A program made the translations under genes and the position numbers. Source: an uncultured virus (IMG/VR IMGVR_UViG_3300027659_000028) (Duplodnaviria > Heunggongvirae > Uroviricota > Caudoviricetes). From it: DNA of 20,000 bases. Of the stretch, positions 1 to 8,330 are shown piece after piece. The stretch lies in the IMG/VR virus record IMGVR_UViG_3300027659_000028; one strand, written 5' to 3'. The notes beneath the pieces were generated by a model. That model saw only the letters and a list, made by a program, of their open reading frames with translations. It searched no databases and was not told where the DNA came from. The stretch's first letter is position 1. Each line of letters begins with the position of its first letter.

Positions 1-3000
1 ACCCACGGTGTCCGTGATCCGGCCTTCATACTTGCTCTTGATCTTGGCGGTCCATGAATTGATCCCCTGATACGCCTTGAGCAGAGCCAAGATGGACCCC
101 GACTTGTCGGACTTGCTCAGCGCGTGCTTTGCGGAGCCAAACTCCTCGCCGTCAAAATCAGGGAACGCCGAGTCCAACGACTCAAACTCCTCCTGATCGT
201 TGTCGTTGACCTCTTTGTTGAAAAGGAAACCGCCCGTTCTTTCGTAGTCGCTGGCGCTGGTTCCAATCTCAAGCTTTCCAAGCTGGGAACTGACCCAGTA
301 ATTCAGGAACAGGTTCTTGCCCACGAAGTCGGCGTTCGACTCCATCGTTTGTTGGTAAATCTCAAGACCAGCGTTCCAGTCCTCTTGCTCTTGCGTCAGA
401 GTTTTCCCGGCCTTTGGCCATACCGCTTTGGCTCCGTAACTGTAAACGCTCTCGCCAGCCATCAGTCCCTTGAAGACATCATCCGACCCATAAGCGTGCT
501 CCAACGTATCAGACAAGCTCTTGAACTCAAGCGAGCCAGCCTCACCCGTCGGGACGTTCAAGTCCGCCAAGTTGATCCCGAAGTCCTCGCTGCTCTTCCA
601 AAACTCACCGACGGAACGGTTTTTGACGAATTGGATGGAATCGTTGTAGTCGTCAACGGCTTGCTGAAACTCCATGTATTCCCTGTAAACCGCTTGGGCC
701 TTGGCGCGGGCTTCAGGGTCTTGGTTCTCGTCACGCTCAAAGACGTTGTCCTGACGCTTATGGCTGATTTCCTTCTTCTTTTGAGAAGCGTCAAACTTTT
801 CTTGAGAATAAGCACGGAGCTTTTCAATCATCTCCGTCATCTCCGCCACCTTGGACTCCTGTTCCTTTAGTCGGGCTAAAGAGTCAACCACTGGTCCTGA
901 GAAGGTTTTCGCAAACCGCTCGTGCAAATCACCGGTAATGTAGTTCTCGGAGACAAGGAGGGATTGGAGAATAGACGTCTTGTAAGACTCAAGAGCCGCC
1001 GCAAATTCTTCTGGATTGGCCCGTTCAAGACGCTCACGTGGAGACCACTCAACAGACTGATCCACACTTGCAACCAAGGGAGACAACGCGATATTTGTCT
1101 GATCGGTGGACTTGCTTGGTCGCTTGAGATTTCCAACCGGGCGAGCAACGTCGTCAATCTCAAGATTCGTGGAGACCTTGTATTTGCCGGGCTTGAGATT
1201 CTTCCTGAATCCAACGCTGGTCAAACGTCCCCACTTCAAGAGCTCTTTGATTGACGCCGAGCCACTGACCTTGGTGTCGATGTCTTGAACGGCACGAATG
1301 GCGTGAGCATATGCCTCGTTTGCCGTGCGGTTCATCTCGTCCACCGCAAGACCTCTGGCTTCCATCAAAGGAGTCAAAGGGCGCGTTGAAGATTCCTCCG
1401 CAGGCATCCCGTCCAGAATGGTGCGCCACAGCAACATGCGCTTCGCAGCGTTGGCCTCCTTGCGTTGGGTTGGGGACAGGTCGGGGTTGTTGTCGTCGCG
1501 GATGGTGTCGAACAAATCAAGTGGATTGAAGGACAGGCTGTCCCGTCTCATCTCCATGACCTGTTGCTTCATGAAGGCCACCGTCATCGCCTGCTGGTAA
1601 GCCGGTGCCTTCCCACCCTTGTCATTCAGGTCGAACAAAAACCCTTCCACCTGCTCCATCTCCTCATCAGTCAAGGTCTTGTATTCCGCAATGTGAGCCT
1701 TGATCCGTGGATGGAGATCCAGCGTCATGGTCTCGTGGTCGACGACCAAGGACTGACTGAGGTTCATGTGACCAAACTGCCTGCTGATCGAGCGCAGCTT
1801 CATCGCGGTCTTCGACTGGAGACGGGCAATCTTCCCGACCTCCTCCTTGAATGCCTTCTCGTAAACATCACGACGACGTTCCGCCTCCTTGGTCGCCTCG
1901 TCATAGCCGTAGTCCACGTCTCCTTGAATGCCCTCATTCCGGTAAGCCCGGTTCATGCTTGCCAACATTTCACGCGCCTGTGGCGGCAGGGTGCCTGTCT
2001 GCCACTTCATCCAGAGAATGTTCCTGACCCGTTCGGCATAGCGGCGGATCATGTGTCCAATGACGCGCAGAGGACTTTTGGAGAGGCTTCCTTGCGTCTC
2101 GTTGGCCTTGTCAAAGGCGTCCCCGTAAATGGCGTCCTGAAGCTGGCGGGAGAGAGCTGTATCGCGCTCCGTGGTCGTCCCCTTGGTCGCCATCTGGTGA
2201 AGCTTGCGGATCAGCTCCGTTGCCACCGTATAGGTGATTTCCAGTTCTTTGGCGTCCGCTCCCACCGAATCATCCATGTCCGCATCGTCAATTGACGCGT
2301 CGAGCGGCCTACCATTGGTTCCAGTCGGAAAGCGCTCTTTCAACGTTTCTTTCAAAAGACGGGTGAACTCATGGTCCGATCCGTCTTTGTTCTTAGGCAG
2401 GTCGAGAATAGCTTTGTAAAACGACCGAAGTTCGTCGGCGGAGAAAATCTTGAATCCAATCAAGTGGGTGAGCTCTTCGTCAATCCATGCTGAAATAACC
2501 CGAGCGGCATCCATCCCGAGCAGCGTGTTGGACGCGGAATCGTTGGTGTTGGCTGTCCGGTAAATCTTGGCGAGCTGCACAGCCATCTTGGCGTAGTCCA
2601 CCTTGATCGTGCCATACTCGGTTGAATCGACGTTTGGCTCAGCGTAAAGGAAGCTGTCACCGCTCATCTCCTCCTTGACGACCTTGAAGGTCTTCTTCGG
2701 AGACACCACCTTCATCACCTTGGCGAACAGCTTCTCCATGTTCTCTGGAGTGATGTCTCCTTTGGCAATGCTCTTGAAGTGTTTCTGAACCTCCTTGGCA
2801 ACGTTAGCAAGCAAGGAGCGGGTGTATTTGTTTCCTTGGTTTATCAGACCTTTGTCGGTGATGAGGTCGCCAGCAGCTTCGGCAGTGGTTTTCTTGGAGA
2901 ACTCCCAACGTCCATTTACCACATTCGTCACCTGAAGAAACTCGTCAGGCTTGCCCTCAATCGCCACCACCTCGCCAATCGACAATGACAGCGAGCTGCC

Positions 3001-6000
3001 AGTAGGCGGACGGTAGCTGTAAACAACCTCCTTGGTTTCCGAGACGTCCATCGTCCAGTTGCCGCCAATCGAGTCGTCACCTCCCTTGATCAACTCCGGG
3101 TCGGCGACGTAAACCACATCCTGATAAACCGTCGAAGCCGCATTGTCCGCTGTCTTGTCCTGCGTCTTCAGGGCGTCGGCTTTGGAATGGCCAGCAAGAC
3201 GGGCCTGCATGGACTTGATGGCGACAGAACGAGTGCCGCCCCCCTTGGACAACTCATTGTCAATCGCTTCGTCGGTGACGTAGGTTTTGCCGTTCTTGGC
3301 GACGGGTTTGAAGACGCCGTTGTCATGGATGTAGTTCGGATCGTTTTCACCCAATGGCGGAAGCCCGCGCTGGATGTCGCTTCCAAGCTTGTTGCGGACC
3401 ACCTCCCGGTCGTTGTTGGTAGGTGTGGCTGGAGCTGCCGGGGTGGATTCCTCGGCAGCTCCTTCGTTCAGCAGCCCTTGCCTTTTGGCTTCGACATCGG
3501 CATCGGCTTTCCTTTTGGCATCGGTTTCGCTTTGGTTTTCATCGGTTGGTGGTGTTGGTTTCTTGGTTTCTTCCGCCGGAGTGGCGGAAGGAGTTGGGCC
3601 GGTCGTCGGGGCGTCGGGTGAATTCGTTTCTTTTCTCGCGGTTTTGAGTTTTGTGACCTTGCCCCCGAATATCGTGAGAACCGTTCTTGGTGCATGACTA
3701 CCTCCAGTTGCAAACTTCCCGTCACCAATACTCCACCATACCACGCCTTGCTCGTCGATGATTTCTTCAGCCTGCGAAGCCTGTTCTAGTATCTGTGCTT
3801 CGAACGATTTCCGCTTTTTACTTAGTTCCACCGCCGCCTGTTCACGGGTAAGGCCTTCCGCCATTCGCTTTTTGGTATATTCGCGGCCGTCTTTCAGCTC
3901 ATTGGGTAATTGTGGGACAGCATCCCCGATATTTAATGGCGTTTGTGGCGTGGCGGAGGGAGCTTCTTTAACCGGGCTAACTTCAGATGGAGATAAGTCA
4001 ATTTCGTTGTCGCTCAGCCCTTCACTAGATGCCACAGCGCCTGCGCTTGATGTCTTGAGAGATGCGCCAGCACTTGCAGCTTCGCCACCGCTGTTTCCTT
4101 CGGCATCTCGAACATCGGCCAAATCTTCTTCGCCGGTAACGGTGATTTCTGCATCAGTTGTTGGATTTGCTCCATCTTGTTCGGACCATTCATCGTGGTA
4201 GGTTGTGTCGTTTGCATTGGTTGAAAATTTATCTGACCATCGTTTGGCCATGCTGGCGTCTTTCGGCTTGATCACCTGCTTCACCGTTCTGAGCGCGGTG
4301 GCGGCTTGAGGCGGACTGAGATACTCGGTAGTGACGGTGCCGTCTGGATTGACCGTTTCCTTCTTGGCGGCGACGTAGGTGGCCAAGCTCCGTCCTTCCC
4401 CGGACGGGACAGACATCGGAGTGATGGTGACGTTGTTGGCAATCTTCAATGGCGTCGCACCTTCGGTCGGGACCATGGCGATATCCGCCCGCCATTTCTT
4501 GCCAGTGGGGGCGGTGATGCTGGAAGAACTCAAGACATCGCCAAGTGTGCCCACTGGAGGGGGTGTTGCTGCGACTCCCTGTGCCGCAGGAGGCTCTTGA
4601 ATTGGATTGGTGGCACTTGGTGCCGCAGGTGGCGTCGTGGTGGCAGACGTGGGCTCTGGTGCCACGGAAGGGATTGGAGCTGTTGTGGGCGTTACAGCGC
4701 CAACGAAGTCCGCGTTGATCGACTGGCCGCGTGCTAGAGCCAACAACGCCTTTGACTTCTGCTCCACCGACACCTTGTCGTCTGGCATCGCAATGTATTC
4801 CGCCATGTTCTTGGCTCCTGACGCAGTGCCCTTGAACTCGTATTGGTCCAAACTCTGGAAAGTTTCCACCTTGGTCTTTAGCTGGTCCCACGCGGCCTTC
4901 TGGATGTCGTAGCCCTCGCTTTTGCCGAAGGTTCCCTTGGCATCCATCACCGTCCCGGACGCATCCCCCATCGCACCACCCACCGCACCCAAGATACCGG
5001 CCTTGACGTATTCCTTCCACTTGGTGCCGATGTTGCCCCAAACGTCTTCGGTCCACGTCTTGGAGTCGTCGAGCATCGAGCTGATGACGTCGGAGATGAT
5101 CTCGTCAGAGGACTCCTCCACCGCTTCAGCGCCCATGTTGCCGAGCACTCCAACACCTTTCAAACCAAGCTGTTTGGCGGACGTGTTCATCACGCCTTTC
5201 AGATCCTTGGCGAACTGCGTGCGAAGAGAGGCTCCCGCATCACCACCCAAGTCGGAGATGGTTTTCTGGACGGCCTCCATGCTCTCACGAGTGAGGGCCT
5301 TGTTCTTGAGATTCTGGATGAACCCACCACCCACTGCGCCATCACCCATCCCGAACGCCTTGCCCATACCGGGGGCGACACGGTTCATGACACTGGTGGC
5401 GATGAACGCACTGAGACCGTCTGACGTCGCTTCGATGTTCGCCGCCTTTAACGCCTTCTCGCGGTCGCCGTGAAGGTTCATCTCTTGGTTGAACGTCTTG
5501 CCGAAGCTAGTACCTGACGCCTGAAGCGAGCCAAGCCACACCTCCGGATCGGTGCCAATAGATTTTAGCCCGGCTAAAGTCTTTTCCCCGAGAGTGCGTG
5601 TTCCGGCAGCGGCAGCGGCTTCGGTCTTGGCGACCGTGGACAGCAGGACACCCGCCTCGTTGACCGCATAACGACTCGCGCCCGCAGCCCCAACCTTGGT
5701 CAAACCCTTGCCCGCCAACGCGCCCATCCCACCCATCGCGACGAACGAGCCAATCTGTCCGGTGAGCTCGGTCAAGTCGCGGCGATTGATGTCAACGCCA
5801 AACAACTCGAACGCCTTACCATTGGAGTAAGCACCCGCCGTGTCTTCGGCCAAACCTCCCCAAGCTTCCGCAGGCGACGTGTAGTTGCCCGCAGACGCCA
5901 GCCACAAGGCACCAGTCCCCGTCGCCATCATCGCGTCGCGGAACGTCGCCGCGATCTCGGAGCCGACGCCGTAGGAGTCCTTGTCCATCCGGTCCTTGTT

Positions 6001-6951
6001 GGCCTTCAAAAACTCGTAGCCACTGGCTCCGGGCTTCTTCATCGCCTCCATGAACTCGTCCCGCAGCGGAGAGCTCACGATGGAGCCCAAGACGCCCGCG
6101 TCCGCCGCAGCGAACTGGTTGACCGTCTTGCCGATGTTCTCCTCCACCTTCGAACGGTAGTCGATGAGCATCATCTTCTTGTCCGCAGCGGAAAGGTCCA
6201 AACCGTTGATGGCGGCTTCCATCTTGTCGATTTGGTTGAAATTCTTCGGGTTCATCACATACTGATCCCTGACCTTACCAATCATCACCTCGTCACCCAA
6301 CGACGACGGGTCAAAGGTGCGCTTCGCCGACTCGGCGTAGAACGCTTTCTCCATCTCCTTGTTCTCAGGATCAAGGTGGGCCTCGCCGTTCTTCACCTCG
6401 GCGTTGGCGAAGTCGGTGTATTCCTTGTAGGTTAAAGACGGGGACTCCCCCTCCTTGGTGATCTTCTGCCTCTCTTGGATGTAAGCTCCCATGTCCGAGA
6501 ACCGGTCGGGCTGCTTCTCTCTCTTCTGTGTGAGAATGTTTTCAAGAGCAGGGTTGACCTCCCACTCCCGAGTTTCAGGGTTGCGTCTCACGCCACCACC
6601 CGGCAATGAAGCCGCCACTTCCAAATACTCTTTAGCCCGGCTAAAACGTTCCTTGCCATCCTCCGTCAATCCTCCAGCAGTATTGAACATGGGGACCTCA
6701 GCCTCCACCTCCTCGGAGACACCCGCATCGTTTTTGCGCCGAACCAGCCCTTTGATTTTTTTGGTCTTGTCCGCTTCTTCAGTTGTCGCCCAATCCAAAA
6801 ACCCTTCCCCTGCCGTGGCTTTTTGATCCAAGCTGTCAATGTATTGAGCCGAAAGGAGGTAGTCGTTCAAAGAGGACGTCAACTCGTTCTGCACCGGAGA
6901 GTCGGTGGGAAAAAGAGACTCGTCGCCGGTGTTCAGATTGTTGAAATCCAT
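1..6951 (-). CDS. Giant phage protein (>=2317 aa, 3' end outside window); probable internal virion/DNA-ejection large polyvalent-type protein
   Basis: ATG at 6951-6949 after an A/C-rich leader. Hand translation of most of the frame (MDFNNLNTGDESLFPTDSPVQNELTSS...NSWTAKIKSKYEGRITDTVG) found no stop, and its absence from the ORF track implies none down to base 1. Strong GC3 bias. Gly/Ala-rich hydrophobic segments (GQIGSFVAMGGMGALAGKG; AEAVEESSDE...AGILGAVGGAMG), Pro/Thr linkers, and a zincin-like EELTH motif. Last and largest gene of the structural run. Confidence 0.9.
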   Translation of the reverse strand, partial: MDFNNLNTGDESLFPTDSPVQNELTSSLNDYLLSAQYIDSLDQKATAGEGFLDWATTEEADKTKKIKGLVRRKNDAGVSEEVEAEVPMFNTAGGLTEDGKERFSRAKEYLEVAASLPGGGVRRNPETREWEVNPALENILTQKREKQPDRFSDMGAYIQERQKITKEGESPSLTYKEYTDFANAEVKNGEAHLDPENKEMEKAFYAESAKRTFDPSSLGDEVMIGKVRDQYVMNPKNFNQIDKMEAAINGLDLSAADKKMMLIDYRSKVEENIGKTVNQFAAADAGVLGSIVSSPLRDEFMEAMKKPGASGYEFLKANKDRMDKDSYGVGSEIAATFRDAMMATGTGALWLASAGNYTSPAEAWGGLAEDTAGAYSNGKAFELFGVDINRRDLTELTGQIGSFVAMGGMGALAGKGLTKVGAAGASRYAVNEAGVLLSTVAKTEAAAAAGTRTLGEKTLAGLKSIGTDPEVWLGSLQASGTSFGKTFNQEMNLHGDREKALKAANIEATSDGLSAFIATSVMNRVAPGMGKAFGMGDGAVGGGFIQNLKNKALTRESMEAVQKTISDLGGDAGASLRTQFAKDLKGVMNTSAKQLGLKGVGVLGNMGAEAVEESSDEIISDVISSMLDDSKTWTEDVWGNIGTKWKEYVKAGILGAVGGAMGDASGTVMDAKGTFGKSEGYDIQKAAWDQLKTKVETFQSLDQYEFKGTASGAKNMAEYIAMPDDKVSVEQKSKALLALARGQSINADFVGAVTPTTAPIPSVAPEPTSATTTPPAAPSATNPIQEPPAAQGVAATPPPVGTLGDVLSSSSITAPTGKKWRADIAMVPTEGATPLKIANNVTITPMSVPSGEGRSLATYVAAKKETVNPDGTVTTEYLSPPQAATALRTVKQVIKPKDASMAKRWSDKFSTNANDTTYHDEWSEQDGANPTTDAEITVTGEEDLADVRDAEGNSGGEAASAGASLKTSSAGAVASSEGLSDNEIDLSPSEVSPVKEAPSATPQTPLNIGDAVPQLPNELKDGREYTKKRMAEGLTREQAAVELSKKRKSFEAQILEQASQAEEIIDEQGVVWWSIGDGKFATGGSHAPRTVLTIFGGKVTKLKTARKETNSPDAPTTGPTPSATPAEETKKPTPPTDENQSETDAKRKADADVEAKRQGLLNEGAAEESTPAAPATPTNNDREVVRNKLGSDIQRGLPPLGENDPNYIHDNGVFKPVAKNGKTYVTDEAIDNELSKGGGTRSVAIKSMQARLAGHSKADALKTQDKTADNAASTVYQDVVYVADPELIKGGDDSIGGNWTMDVSETKEVVYSYRPPTGSSLSLSIGEVVAIEGKPDEFLQVTNVVNGRWEFSKKTTAEAAGDLITDKGLINQGNKYTRSLLANVAKEVQKHFKSIAKGDITPENMEKLFAKVMKVVSPKKTFKVVKEEMSGDSFLYAEPNVDSTEYGTIKVDYAKMAVQLAKIYRTANTNDSASNTLLGMDAARVISAWIDEELTHLIGFKIFSADELRSFYKAILDLPKNKDGSDHEFTRLLKETLKERFPTGTNGRPLDASIDDADMDDSVGADAKELEITYTVATELIRKLHQMATKGTTTERDTALSRQLQDAIYGDAFDKANETQGSLSKSPLRVIGHMIRRYAERVRNILWMKWQTGTLPPQAREMLASMNRAYRNEGIQGDVDYGYDEATKEAERRRDVYEKAFKEEVGKIARLQSKTAMKLRSISRQFGHMNLSQSLVVDHETMTLDLHPRIKAHIAEYKTLTDEEMEQVEGFLFDLNDKGGKAPAYQQAMTVAFMKQQVMEMRRDSLSFNPLDLFDTIRDDNNPDLSPTQRKEANAAKRMLLWRTILDGMPAEESSTRPLTPLMEARGLAVDEMNRTANEAYAHAIRAVQDIDTKVSGSASIKELLKWGRLTSVGFRKNLKPGKYKVSTNLEIDDVARPVGNLKRPSKSTDQTNIALSPLVASVDQSVEWSPRERLERANPEEFAAALESYKTSILQSLLVSENYITGDLHERFAKTFSGPVVDSLARLKEQESKVAEMTEMIEKLRAYSQEKFDASQKKKEISHKRQDNVFERDENQDPEARAKAQAVYREYMEFQQAVDDYNDSIQFVKNRSVGEFWKSSEDFGINLADLNVPTGEAGSLEFKSLSDTLEHAYGSDDVFKGLMAGESVYSYGAKAVWPKAGKTLTQEQEDWNAGLEIYQQTMESNADFVGKNLFLNYWVSSQLGKLEIGTSASDYERTGGFLFNKEVNDNDQEEFESLDSAFPDFDGEEFGSAKHALSKSDKSGSILALLKAYQGINSWTAKIKSKYEGRITDTVG
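866..880. repeat. 15-bp palindromic motif copy 1 (TTTAGTCGGGCTAAA)
   Basis: Read directly; inside the giant ORF, encoding L-A-R-L-K with rare TTA/CTA codons. Confidence 0.9.
3468..3542 (-). CDS. Candidate overprinted 24-aa basic peptide MKTKAKPMPKGKPMPMSKPKGKGC (+1 frame of giant ORF)
   Basis: ATG 3542-3540, TGA 3470-3468. Preceded by AAGAAACCAAGAAACCAACACCACCAACCG, resembling the leader of the 11338 gene. Lys/Pro/Met/Gly composition is unlike ordinary shadow frames. Confidence 0.5.
   Translation of the reverse strand: MKTKAKPMPKGKPMPMSKPKGKGC
3967..3981. repeat. Degenerate copy of the palindromic motif (TTTAACCGGGCTAAC)
   Basis: Two mismatches to TTTAGCCNGGCTAAA. Confidence 0.5.
4014..4217 (-). 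CDS. Candidate overprinted 67-aa protein (+1 frame of giant ORF)
   Basis: Leader GATAAATTTTCAACCA-ATG resembles the giant gene's own TAATATTTTCAACACACCCCT-ATG. Protein-like M/Q/K/L-rich translation. Host-frame third positions are about 40/60 A/T over 4021-4200. Confidence 0.4.
   Translation of the reverse strand: MQTTQPTTMNGPNKMEQIQQLMQKSPLPAKKIWPMFEMPKETAVAKLQVLAHLSRHQAQALWHLVKG
5564..5578. repeat. 15-bp palindromic motif copy 2 (TTTAGCCCGGCTAAA)
   Basis: Perfect 7-1-7 inverted repeat inside the giant ORF (L-A-G-L-K). Confidence 0.92.
6631..6645. repeat. 15-bp palindromic motif copy 3 (TTTAGCCCGGCTAAA)
   Basis: Perfect 7-1-7 inverted repeat inside the giant ORF, in a different codon phase (F-S-R-A-K). 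Confidence 0.92.
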
Positions 6952-6969
6952 AGGGGTGTGTTGAAAATA

Positions 6970-8304
6970 TTATTTGCGGGTTTTGTCGAATCCAGTGGAT
7001 GAGGTTTTCAGGGTTTTCTCGGCAGCGGATCTGACCTTGTCCGCTTTTGCGCTGATCGCTTCAGGTGACCCCGTGAGGTTTTTCGGGTCCTTGTAGAAAT
7101 CAATCATGATTTGCTTGATCGCTGAGTTGGCCTTCTCTTCTTTTTCTTGCTGGAACCTTTGGCGGGCCAGCTGGGAATCCCCCTCGCGATCCCCGATCTG
7201 ACTGTTCGTGTTGCTTGCGGCAAGATCTGCTTTTTTCCTTTCGCGTTCAAGCTCATCCTCTTTTTGGCGGGCACTAAAGTCCATCCAATCCTTGTCGATC
7301 CGGCCAACCAGCGGACGCATGTGCGCGTTCATCTCGGCCATCTTCACCTTGAACGCATCTTTGGTTGCCGGGTCTTTCATGTCCAAACGCTCCGATGCAA
7401 TCTTAAGGAGATTGTCCGAAAGTGCCTTGCGGGTGGAGGTGGCTTGATAAAGGGACGCGTGAGCTTTCACGGCAGACTCAATCGCCTTGTCTTCAGGAGA
7501 TCCTTCAGGAGCCACGTTGCGAGCGTTACCATATTGGATTTCAATCTCCTCTGGAGAAAGATCATTACTTAGGTTCACTCCCTTGCCTTTGAGGCCGTTG
7601 ATGATGGGTTGGATCTGGTCGATGATCTTCTTGTTGTATTTTTCAAGATTGGACGCCTTGCCCAATCCCTCAACCATCATGCCCATCTGCCTGACATCCG
7701 AAGCCATGTCGGGATCATTGCCGTAATGCTGGCCCCATCCAGCCAGCTGGACCGAGAGATCATGATGGTCATCGCTGATTTGACCGGACAGCTGGTAAAG
7801 GTTGTTCACCGAGTTGGAATCGACATCATCTTGTAAAATCTTGTTCTGGCTCGAGAGGAGACGTCCTGACGACAACGCGTTATCCATATTTAAACTAGCA
7901 AGCTCTTTCCTTTTAGGTTCATTGGCATCCCACTCGTCCATGGCGGTTGACTCCGCTTTCATCTTCCTTGCTTTGTGCGTAGATTCCGAAGCGTTGGTCA
8001 GGGCGTCTGCCGCCTCCTTGATCCGCTTGTTGCCGGGATTGCGCATCTGAAGCTGGGCGAGCACCTTGGCGTTGCCCTCGTAGTCGTCAGGAGCAATCCC
8101 CATCTTCCTGTATTCCTCGTCGAACGCGTCAAACTGCTGGGATTCTTTCTCCTCCTTGGCCGCGTCTCGCTTCATCTTGTCAATCCCAAGCGCTCCAGAT
8201 TCATTCCCTTGTCGCAACCTAATCAGGTTCTCTACCGCCATGCTTTCGGGCAGGACGTTAAAAGCGGAGACCGCTGTGTCGTAATCGGAGGAAGAGTAGG
8301 GCAT
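6970..8304 (-). CDS. 444-aa helical/coiled-coil protein, probable internal virion (ejection) protein
   Basis: Long ORF, charged alpha-helical composition, immediately upstream of the giant gene. Function inferred from position. Confidence 0.75.
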   Translation of the reverse strand: MPYSSSDYDTAVSAFNVLPESMAVENLIRLRQGNESGALGIDKMKRDAAKEEKESQQFDAFDEEYRKMGIAPDDYEGNAKVLAQLQMRNPGNKRIKEAADALTNASESTHKARKMKAESTAMDEWDANEPKRKELASLNMDNALSSGRLLSSQNKILQDDVDSNSVNNLYQLSGQISDDHHDLSVQLAGWGQHYGNDPDMASDVRQMGMMVEGLGKASNLEKYNKKIIDQIQPIINGLKGKGVNLSNDLSPEEIEIQYGNARNVAPEGSPEDKAIESAVKAHASLYQATSTRKALSDNLLKIASERLDMKDPATKDAFKVKMAEMNAHMRPLVGRIDKDWMDFSARQKEDELERERKKADLAASNTNSQIGDREGDSQLARQRFQQEKEEKANSAIKQIMIDFYKDPKNLTGSPEAISAKADKVRSAAEKTLKTSSTGFDKTRK

Positions 8305-8311
8305 GGGCGTG

Positions 8312-8326
8312 TTTAGTCAGGCTAAA
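8312..8326. promoter_or_regulatory. 15-bp palindromic motif copy 4 (TTTAGTCAGGCTAAA), intergenic, operator-like
   Basis: Fills most of the 26-bp gap and lies 7 nt upstream of the ATG at 8304. Confidence 0.7.
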
Positions 8327-8330
8327 GTTA

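Noticed and set aside
3543..3728. Upstream extension of the 3468 ORF (86-aa version in the track)
   Set aside because: Non-ATG start and shadow-like sequence; the ATG at 3542 has the better context.
4229..5056. 275-aa minus-strand ORF in the +2 frame
   Set aside because: Arg/Gly/His-rich translation typical of an off-frame read of GC-biased codons; no leader.
124..6826. Many plus-strand ORFs (e.g. 124-870, 1465-2295, 4922-5473)
   Set aside because: Antisense shadows of the GC3-biased giant ORF; unnatural Leu/Val/His- or Ser-rich composition and no expression signals.
1..6951. Possible stop-codon reassignment or non-coding region explaining the apparent 7-kb gene gap
   Set aside because: The frame is open in the standard code and is missing from the track only because it runs off the window. 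Other genes end normally at TAA or TGA.
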